DNA of 64,000 bases from Azolla caroliniana. Taxonomy: Eukaryota > Plantae > Polypodiophyta. Below the pieces are notes generated by a model. The model was not told the origin of the DNA. It saw only the letters and a list, made by a program, of their open reading frames with translations, and searched no databases. The first letter of the stretch is position 1. Each line of letters starts with the position of its first letter. A program made the position numbers and the translations under genes. This document shows, piece by piece, positions 1 through 12,284 of the stretch. The stretch is from the NCBI GenBank assembly GCA_043228905.1, contig JBHGNT010000006.1, positions 4,898,001 to 4,962,000 on the forward strand. The letters run 5' to 3'.

Positions 1-445
1 CCATCCATGGGTATTCTTAGGTTGCATTAATCCTCTAATATATAATAACTTTTCCAACCAACTTGAACCCTAAATGCAAAGCACACACACCAACCATTCA
101 CCACGTTTTCTAATTTATCAATGCATAAACCAAAGAGTGTAGGTGATATTGAACACCTTTGCTTAACCCCCATTTCTTAAAAATTATTTTGAGAAACCAC
201 TCTCAGTCGTTAGTTCACATCTAACTTGCTCATATGACCTTGCAAGAACAATTTGGTGCTCTAATTGCATAAACCAAAGTGTGACCAAGTTGCTCTAATT
301 GCATAAACCAAAGAGTGATAGTGATAATGGACATCCTTGCTTAACCCCCACGTTGTTTCATTTTGAGAAACCATTAACCATTTTTAGTTCACATCTAACT
401 TGCTTTTATATAACCTTGCAAAAGCAACTTGATACTCTAATTGCA
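1..445 (-). mobile_element. Degenerate LINE reverse-transcriptase fragment with an internal ~180-bp tandem duplication
   Basis: Minus strand of ~300-350 reads VGVKQGCPLSLSLFGLC and ~125-170 gives GVKQRCSISPTLFGLC, matching the LINE RT motif GVxQGCPLSP. The segment from 121 is repeated from 299. Stops are present. Confidence 0.65.
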
Positions 446-2125
446 AGTGAAATCGCCATCTTCATGATACGATGTACAAGGTTGTATCAAGACCAAAGCG
501 AGTAAGACTGAATTGATTGTGTAACATGAGAGATTTGAACTCTCGCAGGGAAAACCAATGTACTTAGCAGGCACACGCCTTAACGACTTGGCCAAAGTGA
601 CCTTGAAAATAAATAACTCTCAATGAAATTCATACCATGATATGATTTAGAGAGTTGTCTCAAGATCAAAGCGAAGAGTAAGATTGAACTAGTCACGTCA
701 CCTGAGAGATTCGAACTCTCGTGGGGAAACCCCATGTACTTAGCAGGCACACGCCTTAACCACTCGGCCAAAGTGACCTCGTTACGAAATAGCAACTTGA
801 TACTATTACCGAAATCACCATCTTCATGATACGATGTAGAAAGTTGTCTCAAGATCAACCGAAATTGACATCTTCATGATGATATGATGCAAAAAGCTTG
901 TCTTAAGATAAAAGCGAAGAGTAGGATTGAAAGTCTAGTCACGTCACCTAAGAGATTCGAACTCTCGCGGGGAAACTTCATGTACTTGATAATATGTTTA
1001 GAGAACTTGGAAGAGTAGGATCAAAAGTCTAGTCACGTCACCTAAGATATTCGAACTCTCGCGGGGAAACTTCATGTACTTGATAATATGTTTAGAGAAC
1101 CTTAACAACTCAACCAAAGTGACCTTGTTATGGAAGAGGAACTTCATATTATTATTTCAACCAAAATCACCATCTTCATGATACGAAACCGTACCGAACA
1201 GTAAGATTAAAGTCTAGTCACGTCACCTGAGAGATTCAAACTCTCACACCCCATGTACTTAGCAGGCACACGCATTAACCACTCGGCCAAAGTGACCTTG
1301 TTATGGAAGAGGAACTTGATATTATTATTCCAACCGAAATCGCCATTATCATACAATGTAGAAAGTTGTCTCAAGATGAACCGAAATCGACATCCTTAAG
1401 ATCAATGCAAAGAGTAAGATTGAAAGTCTAGTCACGTCACCTGAGAGATTCGACCTCTTGCGTGGAAACCCCATGTACTTAGCAGGCACACGCCTTAACT
1501 ACTCAGCCAAAGCAACCGAAATCGCCATCTTCATACGATATAGGAAGTTATCTCAAGTTCAACCGAAATCGACATCTTCATGGTAGGACACAAGATCAAA
1601 GCGAAGAGTAAGATTGAAAGTCCAGTCATGTCATGAGAGATTCAAACTCTCGCGGGAAACCCGACATACTTAGCAGGCACACGCCTTAACCACTCGGTCA
1701 AAGCGACTTTGTTATGGAAGACTACTATTCCAAACGAAATCGCCATCTTCATGATACGATGTAGAAAGCTGTCTGAAGATCAACCGAAATCGACATCTTC
1801 ATTATGATATGATGCAGAGAAAGCTTGTGAAATCGACATCTTCATGGTAGGATTGAAAGTCTAGCCACATCACCTGACAGATTCGAACTCTTGCAGGGAA
1901 ACCCCATGTACTTAGCAGGCACGCGCCTTAACCACTCGGCCAAAGTGAACTTGTTATGAAAGAGGAATTTGATACTATTATACAAACCGAAATCGACATC
2001 TTCATGATACGATGTAGAAAGTTGTCTCAAGATCAACCAAAATGGGCATCTTCACCTGAGAGATTCGCGGGGAAACCCCATGTACTTAGCAGGCACATGC
2101 CTTAACCACTCATCCAAAGTGATCT
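446..2125 (-). repeat. Tandem array of nine tRNA-Ser(GCT) genes/pseudogenes with repetitive spacers
   Basis: Copies at ~520-601, 696-777, 942-987 (truncated), 1036-1123, 1221-1296, 1435-1513, 1629-1707, 1868-1949 and 2052-2123. Spacers are built from AACCGAAATCG(C/A)CATCTTCATGATACGATGTAGAAAGTTGTCTCAAGATC and GCGAAGAGTAAGATTGAAAGTCTAGTCA modules. Confidence 0.9.
696..777 (-). tRNA. trnS-GCT: tRNA-Ser(GCT), apparently intact copy (82 nt)
   Basis: Reverse complement GTCACTTTGGCCGAGTGGTTAAGGCGTGTGCCTGCTAAGTACATGGGGTTTCCCCACGAGAGTTCGAATCTCTCAGGTGACG. It has a 7-bp acceptor stem, D arm, anticodon loop CT-GCT-AA, GGGG/CCCC variable arm, GAGAG-TTCGAAT-CTCTC T arm and a G discriminator. Confidence 0.92.
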
Positions 2126-3299
2126 TTTAACCATCCTAAAGAAATTCACCTCATAAGACTTATAGCTTCATCACAACAGATTTTATCAATTTTGTGGAAG
2201 AGAGCACAGGTAGTATTATCAATCCATTTGTGATTAGCATTCGTCATTGCCAACATATATATTCTATCCCTTGTCAATTTCCACCCACTTTGCAAACTGT
2301 CATTGTTATTTAATCACATCTATTCAATTAGGTTCGTCCAAACACGATTTTGACGTATCATGTAATAACCAACATTACAGAAAAAGCCCAAATGGCTGTC
2401 TAAAGATAATCAATCCTAACAAACTCCATGTCAAGACTCGTAGAGTATTAAACTATCAACGAAAAATTACCCCGTTGATGAGAAACATAGTATTTTCCAA
2501 GAGCTGGTTAAGCGAAGACCATGAGTTTTGAGCCATAGCTACAAGAAATCTCGATGGCCACGTCAAACAATCCCTCAGATATTGGGAGTGGAGTTGGTAT
2601 GTCCATGGATCTTGACCTTGCTACCAACCTCTCGAAACCTACAAACCCAATGGATTTGAAGCCTCCAAAATATGCGAGGAGTGGGAGATCATTGATGATC
2701 AAACCTCTATTGAACAATGTATCATAGCTCATAAATTATGGAAGAAAGTAAGTAAAGCTCAACAAATGCCAAAGAGATGAGTGGACTTCAAAATAAATTG
2801 TTTAGGGAATAGTAGGTCACTTGATAATTGGTTTTCGTCGCTCAAAGAAACTTGTTTCTGCATGAATATGTTGATAAGAATATTGTGAGATTATCCATGG
2901 CATATTGAAGAGGTAGCTTGATATTGCAAGTGATAAAAATTGCCTTCGGTTTGCAAAGAGTATTATTGTACTACACTTAGTCAAGCTATTCAGATGGTGG
3001 CTTTGGTATGCAAGTATTGTAATTAACCTTTTCACCTACATAAGAAAGGCATTGGTTAGCGTTGGCAATACTTCTTTATCAATAAACTTGTGGCCAAGGA
3101 AATGAGAATCCCCAAACCTTTATAGGAAAACGCCTAACTAGGTTCACCTTGAAATAAAAAGGGTCGACGAAAAGCCTATGTTTTGGTTTTTTGTGTCAAC
3201 TACTTGAGGACTATCCAAGAGAAAGAGATGTTTTGGATAATGTAGCAATGCCACATTAGGGGATGGGTGAGAAAATGAGTTTCCAATTGAGTCAGAGTG

Positions 3300-4170
3300 A
3301 CTCTAACTTTAACGCCATCAGTGTGACTATTCAAGAGGTTGACTCTAGTCTTATGGATAGTCATTTGTTTGATCACAAATGCAAGTGTTTACAGATTTGT
3401 TGTGTCTAAGCTTCTAAAAATAGGTGGAGTAACAGAAGTGAAAGCTAAGACATCAAATGATGATGTTGACGCTTATCACAACATTAGGCAAAATGTAAGT
3501 TTGGTCAACAAAAGGTTGTACTACTTGATCATGCCATACCTAAATAAAGGGCTCATTAGACCTAGTTATTCTCCTTTTATTTCTGTTGTAATTCTAGTGG
3601 ACAAGGAAGACAATAGTCTGTTGTATATGTATTGACTATTTACTTCATAACCCAACGACTTATCCCTCTTCTTGACCGTTGACTTCATGCAATTGGTAAC
3701 GAACCATCAAATATGGATTTGTGGAAAGGATATTTCCAATACAACTTTCCACACCTAGTTTTGCACATTATTACAAACTTAGCTTAGTAATGCCAAGATG
3801 TTAATCTTAGCTCAATGATGTTAATTATAGAAGTTTAGGCCTTAGGGTTAATGAATTAACTCGATTGTCCAATCTTAGGTCAATTTTTTGGATAATATAC
3901 ATGTTTTCAAGAAAACCTTTAATGATCAAGTTGATCATTTACAATGTTTGGAATTTTGACTAACCATACATTTTACATTAACGATAAGGGGACCTTCCTC
4001 AACCACCAAAGACATTTCTCTGTCAACAAGTAGTATGATTTGCCCACATAATATCTATTGAGGAGGTGAGGATGGAAGCTTCAGGGGTCTTTGCAATTTT
4101 TAGTTGTCTACCGTCAGTGATGTATTGGAATCTAGATTTTTTTCAGCAGTGTTCCAGTTTTTATCAGAGT
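3300..4170 (+). mobile_element. Degenerate Ty3/gypsy pol (RT) remnant
   Basis: Motifs in order: LNKGLIRPSYSPFISVVILVDKEDNS..IDY (~3540-3640), MDLWKGYFQ (~3713-3740), FLDNIHVF (~3885-3908), AHIISIEEVRM (~4041-4075). These match gypsy RT domains, with frameshifts. Confidence 0.7.
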
Positions 4171-4980
4171 TGGTCCCCCCAACATATGCTTTCGAAGTAT
4201 ACTTATTAAACATAGGAGAACTGTGAAGAATTAAACAGAACTGTATGATCAACTTGAACCATTTTTATTGCAGAAGATCTGTGATTTGATTCTTCAATTT
4301 CAATTGAAACAGAACTAATATTTATGATTTTGTTAAAATAACATTTTGGTCAATATCACCTGATACAGTATCCAAGCTATGTAGTCTGCACGATAGCAAG
4401 GTCTCTTTTAATAATTGAGAATTCACATGAACAGTAACAAGTTGGGCTTCCATGACCATATTCTTAGTCATGACAAAAACTCGTTTGTGGTTGGGTTATT
4501 CTAACACATTATCTCAAAGGACTAGCAAGTTGCAACTTTTTTCAAGCTCACAATTATTAAACAGAAGATATCACAATCATTTTTCAATAATTAGTCACTA
4601 ATCATTCATTGATCTTGAAACCAATCATGGTTAATCGTTGCCATGCTGTGATACTCCCATTCATGATCTATGTACACATGGAAATTTTACAGCCCATTTT
4701 TAACATTAACTACATATGCTATTGATGAGGAAAGGCTTGCATACAGGTGTTAAGCCCGGACTAGAGCGTATATATTCAACGTGATTTCTACAAAACACTA
4801 TGAAGAGAAGATTATACAAGACCATCAAGCAAAGCCATGCCTTGCATATACAAGAAATTCTCTGGGATTGTTTTAATACATCATGAAATCTGCTAAGCAG
4901 AGCATGAATTCTTTTCATCCACCTTCACAACAAGCTATTGCGAAGAGAGAGTTCAGTTGGAATGTATTACATTTCTCCCT

Positions 4981-7900
4981 TCAATTGACCATGTTCTCCT
5001 TGAATGGTGCTCTCCTAATGTCATGGAGACCACCCAACAGTTCAAAATCACAGGGCAACCAGAAACCCAAAAAAATCCTTCCTATATTTCTTAAATGAAA
5101 CAAATCTCACTCACCTCTCATCTGTATCGCCACTAGACTTTTTCCCATGCTGCTTTATGGATGGAACAGTTCTTGTTACAGTAGAAACACCATCCACAAA
5201 CTTTGTTCTGAATATCACATTTGCATTGTTGAACATGCCTTCTTTTAAAGAGACAACAATAAACTGCTCAAACACCAGAAAACCAATTCATTCAGCCCTG
5301 GCCCTTCACAAGATATTCCAATATAAATGTACGGTAGCATCAAATGTTTTAATTCACTATCACCTGTGACTGAGGAAAGTGTGCTTTGATCATCCGTCCA
5401 ATGTTCTGTGTGTGGCTAAGATCTAAAGCAGCATCTACCTGCATTGAACAATACATGAAAATTATAGAATGCCAATGCTACAAATAGAGAAAAAGGATAC
5501 TAAGACCAGTTGATATTTACCTCATCAAGGATATATAATGGAGCTGGTTTGAACAGTAAAAGAGCAAGGATGAGAGACAGAGCAAGCAAAGATCTCTGCC
5601 CTCCACTCAACTCAGATAGAGATTGTTTCCATACACTGCCAAATCCAACACGGACTTCCAGCCCATCCATGAAGTCTCCTCCTTCAGGGGGTATAAGCTT
5701 GGCCATAGTTCCCGGAAGAAGTGTAGAAAATATGGAACCAAAGTCCCTATCCAAGTCCACAAATCAAAGTTAACAGTTGTCCTGGAATACCACAACTCCA
5801 AAAACATTTCATACATGAAAGGAAATACCCACTTGTTAACCTTCTGCCAAGTAATTTGCAACGTCTCCTTTTTCTTCTCATCAAGCTCATCTATGACTTT
5901 ATGTATCTTTGACTTGTCATTCTGGAAGACAGAAATAAGTCCAAAACTCGCCATTATTCTAGAAAACCAGCAGTGCAAACAAATGTCTAACTAACTAGCA
6001 CACTTACTAAGGAATTACAGAACAATATTCTGTCACAACTTACCTCAATTATTCGTTTCTTGGACATGAGGTCATTATATTCATCTTCAGCTTTCTCGAA
6101 CATAGTGATAACTTTCTTATTGACTCTTTTCTCCAAACTAGGGCCAAAATTATGATTCAGAAAATGTTAGCTAAAATACCAGAAAGAACAGATATACTAT
6201 GCCTATCTGATGGGGAAGAAAATGGCTGCAAGTCTTTGCAATATGAAAAGAAGCACTTACTTGCTTTGTTCTGCTTGTTTGGCATCAAACTCAGATCTCG
6301 CAGATCGCGCATCACATGATCCAAAGTCATAATCTGTGCCTGGCTTCCCAAATAGCTGCTTCTCAGTTGCAATCCATTTGTGTTTGTCTAGCAATTTTTC
6401 AACCAATCTTGCACACTCCATTTTCTCAGATTCCATTCTCTTAACCTGTGAAGTATTGCTAGGTGTTCGTTATTCAAGTCAACAAGTGGAGGACTTCTAA
6501 GGCAGAATAAGCTCACAACTCATTTTCATATGCAAAACTTTATTTATTTCCTCAGCGTTTTTTTTATTTTCCCAAATGCCATTGGGGAACTCCAGAAAAA
6601 GTAGCCTATTTAGGCATTTATGCAATCGATTCCTCCCATTTTTCTCGATCTTATGTGCTAGTTTAGCAACTATATCGTTGATTCATTCCCTTTTCTCTCT
6701 TTAAGAATTTATGAACGACTGTTTCCCACAAAAATTCAGGGCTATTTGGGAAATAAAAACTACGGGTAATTTGGGAAACTACAACATCAGACTCAAAAGG
6801 TTTACCTCGTTTTCCAACTTCCGTATTTCAACTTGGTTGTCAGCTCGTTTCTGCTGTAACTTATTCTGAGCCTTCACCAGAGAGCTTATCTGTCCATCAC
6901 ATTCTTTAATCTTTGCACGGCTTTGTCGAAGGTCCTCTTCAGCCTTGTTGTATTCTTTCTTCATTGCATCTACCTTTAATAAACATTCAAAAACACTGAA
7001 TTAATATATGTAAGTTGGCACCTTCCAAATGTCTACAATGAGGGTTTGATTTACCTGTGACGCCAGTTTCTCCAATGCCTCCTCCAAGGTTTTGATCTGT
7101 GACTCACTGGATAAGAGCTGTGCTTCTAAACCAGCCTTTTCCTGGCATATGGCCTCCTTTTCCATGGTTAAACGTTCTTTTTCTCCATCAAACCCCTGCA
7201 TAGCTGAATTATTTTAAATACATTTTGTTATATACAAAATTGTACCACAGAAATGAGTTTCTGGACCTTACTTTCAGCTCTTTCGCTGACACAGAGAGTT
7301 GTTGCTTGATGGATTTGATCTGTTTCTCGAGTGCCGTAAGTTTGCTTTCACGGTCTCTACCATGATCTTTTATGGCTTGTTCAAGGTTTGCCACTCTCTC
7401 ACAGCAAGACATATGAAGTTCTTCTTTCTCTTTAGCCTCTGTAACAGCAGCTTGAAGATCTGCCTCCAACTGCATTACAGATTCACTAAGCTGCACATCC
7501 AGCATTCTGAAATTGTTAGCATGAAATGACAACTACATCCAAATGAATGTTCATAGAAACAATGGCTTGTACATCAGTTATATAATGTCAAGGAAACGCA
7601 CATGCGAAGATATGCTAAACAAACATGAGAAGTACCTTGTGATATTCACATTCTTTTGCTCTCTCTTCAAAAAGAGCCAGGTCATAGGACTTCAACTCTA
7701 GCTGAGATTTGAGGTGGATGTACTTATTATGGATAGGGAGTAAACTTGCAATCTGTATAAATTACATCAAATTCAGGGAAATGAATGGAGCTGTTTAATG
7801 CTGAAATGTTATTATTGCTGCAAGACGTGTGTCACATTAGGGACAATAGAATATAACATATTAGACACAAGGAAAACCGTGCTTATAAAAGATAGTTTTT

Positions 7901-10900
7901 ACACCTCAGCCTCGATATGTGACAAAGCATTTTGATGTTTAGCCAATTCTGCCTCTGCCACTGAAAGTTGGTGGAGTTGCTTTAGGAGTTCACCACCCCC
8001 CCTATATTTAACATATCATTAAAAATGTTTGGTTTAATATACATAAAACACGCTATTCATTTTCACAACACATTAATCAATTGTTGGCATTCTCCTTACC
8101 TTCGTGCTCCACCTGTAAGCAGCCCTCTAGGATCAAAAATATCCCCTTCTAATGAAACACTGGGAGTTTTGATGTCTTTATGGAAGGTAACCTGTCAACC
8201 AGAGAGAATTTTGAAAAGACTCCAGCATAGCAATACAAAAGAAAACGTGTGATATTGCAGACATCCAACCTGCCTTGCTGCATTTGTATCATTACAAATG
8301 AAAGTATTTCCAAATACATATGACATTGCTGCCTGCACATATATAATGAATTAGTCGAGGAACACGTTATGGATGGTATGGTTAGCTCATCTCCTCTCCC
8401 ATATTTTAATGCTCTGAGAGAAATTAGATTACAGTAATATGATAACATGTGAGAAAGTATCACCTTTAACTCATCATCATAACCAACAAGTGACAGTGCT
8501 GGCCTTGCGTTTCCACGTCCAACCTGCATAAAGGAAAAGATGTTCAGGACATTGTTTTGCATCATGTATAACCTATCAAGATTATCTGCAAATAAAACTA
8601 ACCAGCTTTGAAGCAGTTTCTTGTACTCTTTGTGGAATGGAGCTACCCTCAATCTTATTCAATGGAATAATAGTAATCCTGCGCCTGAGGCCACCTTTCT
8701 CAAGCAACAGCTTTCCAGTTTGTTCCGAATCAACAACAACATTATAAAGTTTTCCTCCAGCAGCTACCTGCTCAGATACAATGCACCATGTGAGTGAATC
8801 AGCCGTCTTTATCACATGGATATACATATAACTTGATATTGCCTCATTGGATACTACAGATGTTACGGGCATGACCATATAATATCCCGTGGTGAGAATT
8901 TACCAGAGTATTGTATACATGTCGTTTAACCCTCACATTTATCCACATGTATAGAATACTACGGTAAATTCTCACCACGGGATATTATATGGTCATGCCC
9001 GTAACAACAGAAGCCAAGCGCGACCATTGCATTACGAACCTCGAGGGCAGTTACAGCTGAGATATCTTTCACATGAAGCAACCGGGCCACAACACCTTTC
9101 ACCTTAGATCGATCAAAGTTCTTTATGGGGTCAGCATATTGGAAGTTTACATTACCTAATCGAGATGCAATCTCACTAATCTCAGTCTTCAATCCAAGAA
9201 CGGCTTCTAATTCCTCCTTTTTACTCTGGTAAAAGCAAATATTTGCAAAATGAAATTTCAAATTTTTATCGTTTACTCTAAATCAGTGGAACTGTAATGC
9301 CTGCCTCATAATCACCTTTTCTAGTGCTTCTATTCTGCCTTGCTCCAATGGAAGATTTTCCAGAGCACTCTTTATCTTTTCAATATCTGACCTCTTTGCC
9401 CTAAGCTCCTTTTCCAGGGTGTTTGCTTCCTCCTTCTTTGATGTAAGCTGCTTCTTTTTTTCCTTCAACTCCTTTTCCCAGTGCTGTATTTTTGTTTTTG
9501 CCTGTTTAGCTTCTGTGATAGCTTTCCCAACAGCAGCTTTTGATTCTGCAAGTTGATCCGCAAGGCTCTTATCCTCATTGCCTCCACTCTTACCAGCTTG
9601 CACACCCTGTGCAAAAGAAAAACCATCAAAATTCCGTTACTCTACTATTTTGATAATGAGCAACCTTGCAAAGCTTATATGTGTGATCAAATATAGAGCA
9701 ATAAGCTGTGCTAACAAAATAGCATTACTAGGATGGTCAAGGATTTGACCTGATATTCGTTCTCAAGTTCAGCTAGGGATGATGTTAAGGTCTCCACTTT
9801 ATTTTTCAGCCCTGATGCATCATCATTCAATTTTTGAATGGCTATGCATTTTTCTTCAAAAGAAGCTTCCAGGTCTTTTATATTCTTGCCAAGCTTCAAT
9901 GGAAAAGAATTCAAACAGGAAGTGAGTTATCTGCAAGTAAGATCTAGCTAACTGAACCATCTATAATTGAACTCACCTTAACAATGGCTGCTTTCTCTGT
10001 TTTCAGGGTATCCTTCTGGTTAGAGTAGATAGATGTTTCCTTCACCATCGCATTGGAAAGCTTATCAACTTTTTCAGATAAGCCTTTTATATCACTATCC
10101 ATCCTCTTTTCTTTCTCTTCTGTGAGCTCTGCTATATTTTTCTCCCTTTCATCCATCTCAATGTCTAATTGCTTGATATTTTCATGAATCTCAGCTGTCT
10201 TGGATCTTAGTTGTTCAACATCATTCACAGCGGCATCTTTTACTTTCTCAGCTTCAAAAAACTCAAAGGCAACGCAAAAGCGCTTAAGCCTATCTAGCTC
10301 TGCATTGCCATTCACCCATTGCATGTATTGAGCGCGTTCTTTCCTGAGTTTCTCTAAAGCTGGAAGAATTTCTTGGCCAAGAACATTATCGATTTCATCT
10401 ACCTTGCTCTGTTTTTTATGGAGAGTCTTAAGAGCTGCATCTTTTTTCATCTCATACATTCTGGTTCCAGCGGCCTCTTCAAGCATTGAGAGGATTTCTG
10501 GTGGTTTCATGTTCAAAACTTTTGTGATACGCCCCTGCATGATGAGGAAATGAGGATTATTGACATTGAGTTGAACTGAGTGGAAAAGGTTTTGCACACG
10601 GGTGGGCTGGGCAAGATGGCCATTGATGAGGTATTTGTTTCTACCCCCTACAACAATCTGCCAAATTAAAAATCAGCTACACATTAGAGCCATGAATACA
10701 ACAATCTGGCAGGTTTAAATCCAATACACATTAGCCTCATGGATATGTTAGTATCATCGATCCAAGGTCTTCCAAAACATTTTGATACATATTATGGTCC
10801 ATGTTCTACAATGTGGACATCAATTATTGGTAGATTAAAATGGGATTTTCTGCATCAGCAATTAAAAGATCAAGTCCATTACCATAACATGCCATGACGA

Positions 10901-11868
10901 TGCAAATTTCTATTGTAAAAGTGCATTACCACAAGAAGACATTGTGATGAATGAGCTTTGATTAAGTTGAAGCTATTGGTACAAGAACACATCCAGATGC
11001 AATTCACTAGTAAGATTAAGTTGATTCTATTGATACAAGAAGGTATTAAACTGCAATTCACTAGTAAGATCAATTACCACGAGATTAAATCAGAATGCAA
11101 TTCAATTAAGTGATCGCTGACATCACTATCCGATGTCATAATACCATAATACAAATTTCGTAGTGAGGTCCTTAATCAGAAGAAGACAGAAATGATACAA
11201 TCTTCTTACACAAATTCCCTTACCCCGAGAATAATCCCAATAGAATATTCTTGCAATCATAATAAATCAAATAGTTTAAGTGGTAGAAGTGAACCGAGCA
11301 AAAGAAGGGACATGTATGATGCAATTCTCCTAGGATGACCGAAAACCTATTCAGTAGTGACAAATAACCTCAGCAAAATAACAGTTTTACCTACCTGGTA
11401 AATGATGTTAAAGTGAGGGAAAAAATTGATTACGTTATGCAATTTTCTTCATGAGAATACAAAAAGAAAGAGATTTAGGAGATGCAAACTTATTTATAAT
11501 TACATACAACAAATAATTAACCTAGCAGAAAAGAAACAGATGTATCTAACCTGGCGAGTGACAGTAATCTCACTGCATTCTTCATATCCAATGGGGCTAC
11601 GAGTTCTGTCTGAGTTGTCAAAAACTATGGAAACCGTGGCTTTTGTGACTCCAGCTTGACCTTGTTTGTAAACAAGTTCCTGCAAATTGCTAGCTCTGAC
11701 CTGTTGAAGGTTTGTGATGCCAAGAACGAAACAAATCGAATCGAGAATGTTCGACTTTCCAGAACCGTTGAGTCCAGTTATGGCATTGAAGAAAGGATCG
11801 AAAGACGGGACAATTGTGCGCGTAGCATAGGATTTGAAACCTTCCAATGAAATCTCCTTGATATACAT
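4981..11868 (-). CDS. SMC2: Structural maintenance of chromosomes protein 2 (condensin subunit), multi-exon
   Basis: ATG at 11868, [15 protein letters not shown]...GLNGSGKSN (Walker A), coiled coils, hinge ([23 protein letters not shown]), LSGGQRSL signature, LYILDEVDAALD Walker B, and C-terminal [33 protein letters not shown] introns. Stop is at 5111-5113 if the last intron is unspliced or at 4981-4983 if spliced. Confidence 0.96.
6553..6765. mobile_element. Possible degenerate MITE in an SMC2 intron
   Basis: Imperfect inverted ends TTTATTTTCCCAAATGCC ... GGCTATTTGGGAAATAAAAAC. The intron is longer than its neighbours. No TSD resolved. Confidence 0.4.
8861..9006. mobile_element. 146-bp foldback MITE with 62-bp TIRs, TGT...ACA ends and 5-bp TSD (ACAGA)
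   Basis: 8861-8922 and 8945-9006 are inverted repeats (first 44 bp perfect, 3 mismatches in 62) around a 22-bp loop. ACAGA flanks at 8856-8860 and 9007-9011. Confidence 0.92.
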
Positions 11869-12142
11869 GGTGAACCAAGCAGCCTTTTCTTTCTTTCTTG
11901 TCGTCCTGACTCTTCTTTCTTTCTCCTTTTTAGCTCTTTCTTCAGAGTCTCGTTGTCTGTATTCTTTCTTTTTTCTTCCCGAGCTTCGTGAGAAGCTCTT
12001 CTTCAAGAACAAAAGAAGAAGAAAAAGAATTTATACAGATCTACTATTCATCTGCTGCCAGGTTTTTCCTGCTTCTTCGTCGTCTTCGTCGTCTTCGTGG
12101 CTGTTGTCTGCTAAGTTTTTGCTGCCGCTGCTGCTTGGACAG

Positions 12143-12284
12143 GTTTAGGGTTTACCGACGAAGAGATCTGCTGCGCGTCGCGTCGAAGGAGGAGGAGGAG
12201 GAATTGACAGGGAGAGGGAAAAGAGCGCGAAACTGTTCAGATAAGGAGGAAGAAAGAAGAAAGAAAGAGGGTTCAAATTTGAAC
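12143..12284 (-). promoter_or_regulatory. SMC2 proximal promoter/5' region: telo-box, E2F site and CHR-like palindrome
   Basis: AAACCCTA on the minus strand at ~12146-12153; TTTCGCGC (E2F consensus TTTSSCGC) at 12225-12232; GTTCAAATTTGAAC palindrome at 12271-12284. Confidence 0.6.

Noticed and set aside
580-2036. Paralogous ORFs 580-858 and 1842-2036 (MILRQLSTSYHED...)
   Set aside because: Chance translations through tRNA repeat units.
446-2125. CRISPR-like repeat/spacer array or tRNA-snoRNA dicistrons
   Set aside because: The repeats are tRNA-Ser copies, and the spacers are themselves repetitive rather than unique. No convincing C/D box pair or antisense element was found, and there are no cas genes in this eukaryotic context.
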